Positions 62,318-64,000 of a stretch of 64,000 nucleotides of DNA are shown piece after piece. The stretch spans positions 1,302,001 through 1,366,000 of the forward strand of contig CAJFCJ010000001.1 of NCBI GenBank assembly GCA_904063045.1. Reading direction: 5' to 3'. The notes under the pieces are model-generated. The model saw nothing but the letters and a program-made list of their open reading frames with translations, did no database searches and was not told the origin of the DNA. The stretch is from Dimorphilus gyrociliatus (Eukaryota > Animalia > Annelida). A program made the position numbers and the translations under genes. How positions within the stretch are numbered: the first letter of the stretch is position 1; every line of letters starts with the position of its first letter.

Positions 62318-64000
62318 TTACAATTTTTCAAAAATTATACACCAGTTGCCCTGATCATAAAACGAGTTGAGTATTTTAGCACTGGGAAAACTTTGAACCA
62401 ATTCATTTATTTCACCTTCTTTAAAGACATGATAGAATCTATTATAAACTGCTTCAGACTTCTTGCCATCTTTTCTTAGATGCCATGGAACAAATAAATC
62501 TTGACTTTCAAATTTTGTCCTATTATCATGAACGGGTAGTAAATCTTTAGCTTGTTGCGTAGATTCTTTATTTTTTGCCAAATATTTTGATTTAACATTT
62601 CCTCTCTCTTGCTCCAATGCCCAAACGCATATTAAGGCTTTACCTTTTTTACGAAGTATTCTTAGGATTTCTTTTATTGCTCTCTTTCGTCTTTCCTTTT
62701 TAAAATAACAATAAATTGAAGGACTTTTTATAAAAAAGTTTTTTTTAATACATACTTCTGTTGCAAAATGATGAATAACAGCTATAGATATGACGGCGTC
62801 AACACAATTGTCTCTTAAAGGTACATTTAGAGCATCGGCAACAAAAACTGGTATACTTTTTTCAGCGCATATACTACAAAGATTTTTACAAGTATCACAT
62901 CCCATCTGGAAATGAATTAATATTATACAGTATATAGAAAAATATTAAATGATTTATAACCAACTTTGAACACATCTAGATTTTCTGATCCTAAATATTT
63001 ACCATTTCCACAGCCAATATCAGCTAAAATCGATCCTGGCTGAATTTCAGCTAAAAACTCTGTTACTTTTGGCCATTGTTTATGTCTAGTAGCGTCAAAG
63101 TGAGTTGAAATGGTCTCATAAACTTTTAGCACATGTTCTTTTTCAAATTTTTCTGCCTCTTGTGATGTATTTGGAAGGATTTTATTATTTTCTTGTTTCT
63201 TATAATCATCGCATTGATCTTTCCAATCTAAAGTTACGGAAACGATTGGTACTGGTATTTTTCCAAAAAAGAGTAAAAAACTATAATAAGAACTTACTAC
63301 AATCGCAAATTTTTTTCGGATCCAGAACTTTACGAAATGTAAAACTTATCCTCTTTCGACGGGGAACTAGAGTAATAGCATTCGATCCGTTTACTGGTAT
63401 TAAGTCAGAATGACGTGGAACAATAGCATGGGACCATAAATAACGCGACTCTTTTTGTAAAATTGTTAAGCTCCTTTGGGGTAGTAGGACAGGTAGCTTT
63501 ACTCCATCTGGATTTTTAAATTCCATAACTGTTTGCGAGCCCAAACTGATTATAATAATTCCATCCTCGAAGGCTGAATGAGTGTCGATATGTGGAGGAA
63601 TTCCCTGACCAGGCTCGTATTGATTAATTGTCAGTTGGTCGGGATAATGTATTGATGGAAATTCACTACAAATCTTATCCAGCACAGTTTTACAGTAATT
63701 GGGAATGCCTTCGGGTAACGGAGAATCCTTCTTTACATTGTTAATAGAGTACAAAAATTCGTAACCATAATGTTTAACTCTCCGGTGTTTCATCACTGCC
63801 TTAGAGTCCTCCTCCTGTTCATTTAAACTTAGCTGATTCAGCCACAATTCCTCCTCTTCTGGACTTATATAATCTTCAAATAATAATAAATCTTGCGGTT
63901 TACTGGAGGATGGTCTTTCCAAACCAGGTACTAAGCGAAAATAATTTTTATTATTTCAAAAGCGGCATAATACAAACAAACCATCTGTTATAAAGTCTGT
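62318..64000 (-). CDS. ALKBH8: tRNA wobble-U methyltransferase/dioxygenase ALKBH8 (5' end beyond the window)
   Basis: RRVKHYGYEF, PGQGIPPHID..WSHAI..RISFTFR (AlkB), CDC|NWKDQC (Zn knuckle), HFDATRHKQWP, DIGCGNGKY, YNRFYHVF (Trm9-like). Confidence 0.95.

Noticed and set aside
1-64000. CRISPR arrays, prokaryotic defence systems, transposase/RT ORFs, rRNA, spliceosomal snRNA
   Set aside because: No spaced direct repeats, relevant catalytic motifs or recognisable RNA 5' ends were seen.

Overview
AT-rich, very compact metazoan (invertebrate) genomic DNA. Most introns are about 50-90 bp GT-AG, and many genes are only 50-400 bp apart. A compact bilaterian such as a miniaturised annelid would fit, but the taxon cannot be fixed from this window. 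About 20 intron-containing or single-exon protein genes were assembled by hand, in order: EF1B 3' end, a PAN/C-type-lectin/TSP1 membrane protein, a Pro/Tyr-rich orphan, NCBP2, PHKA, an SLC18B1-like MFS transporter, DAGLA, TCP1, ANKRD29-like, PRMT9, two tandem FABPs, TIMM10, an R7 RGS, CTNNBL1, TMEM170, a Bcl-2 family gene, UQCRFS1, AMDHD1, UCKL1 and the 3' part of ALKBH8. No prokaryotic system, CRISPR array, rRNA, tRNA or recognisable transposon ORF was seen. The notable signals are at the RNA-processing level. (1) PHKA has a tandem pair of homologous 145-nt mutually exclusive exons, with a 17-bp intronic duplex that would loop out the first. (2) TCP1 introns hold four H/ACA snoRNA candidates: two SNORA20-like paralogous hairpins appear to target adjacent 18S uridines, and one candidate sits inside the window's only U12-type intron. 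(3) DAGLA has a 24-nt microexon with UGC/UGCAUG upstream. (4) The Bcl-2 protein has degenerate BH1 and BH3 signatures. Reference protein, rRNA and snoRNA sequences quoted are recalled from memory and need database confirmation.
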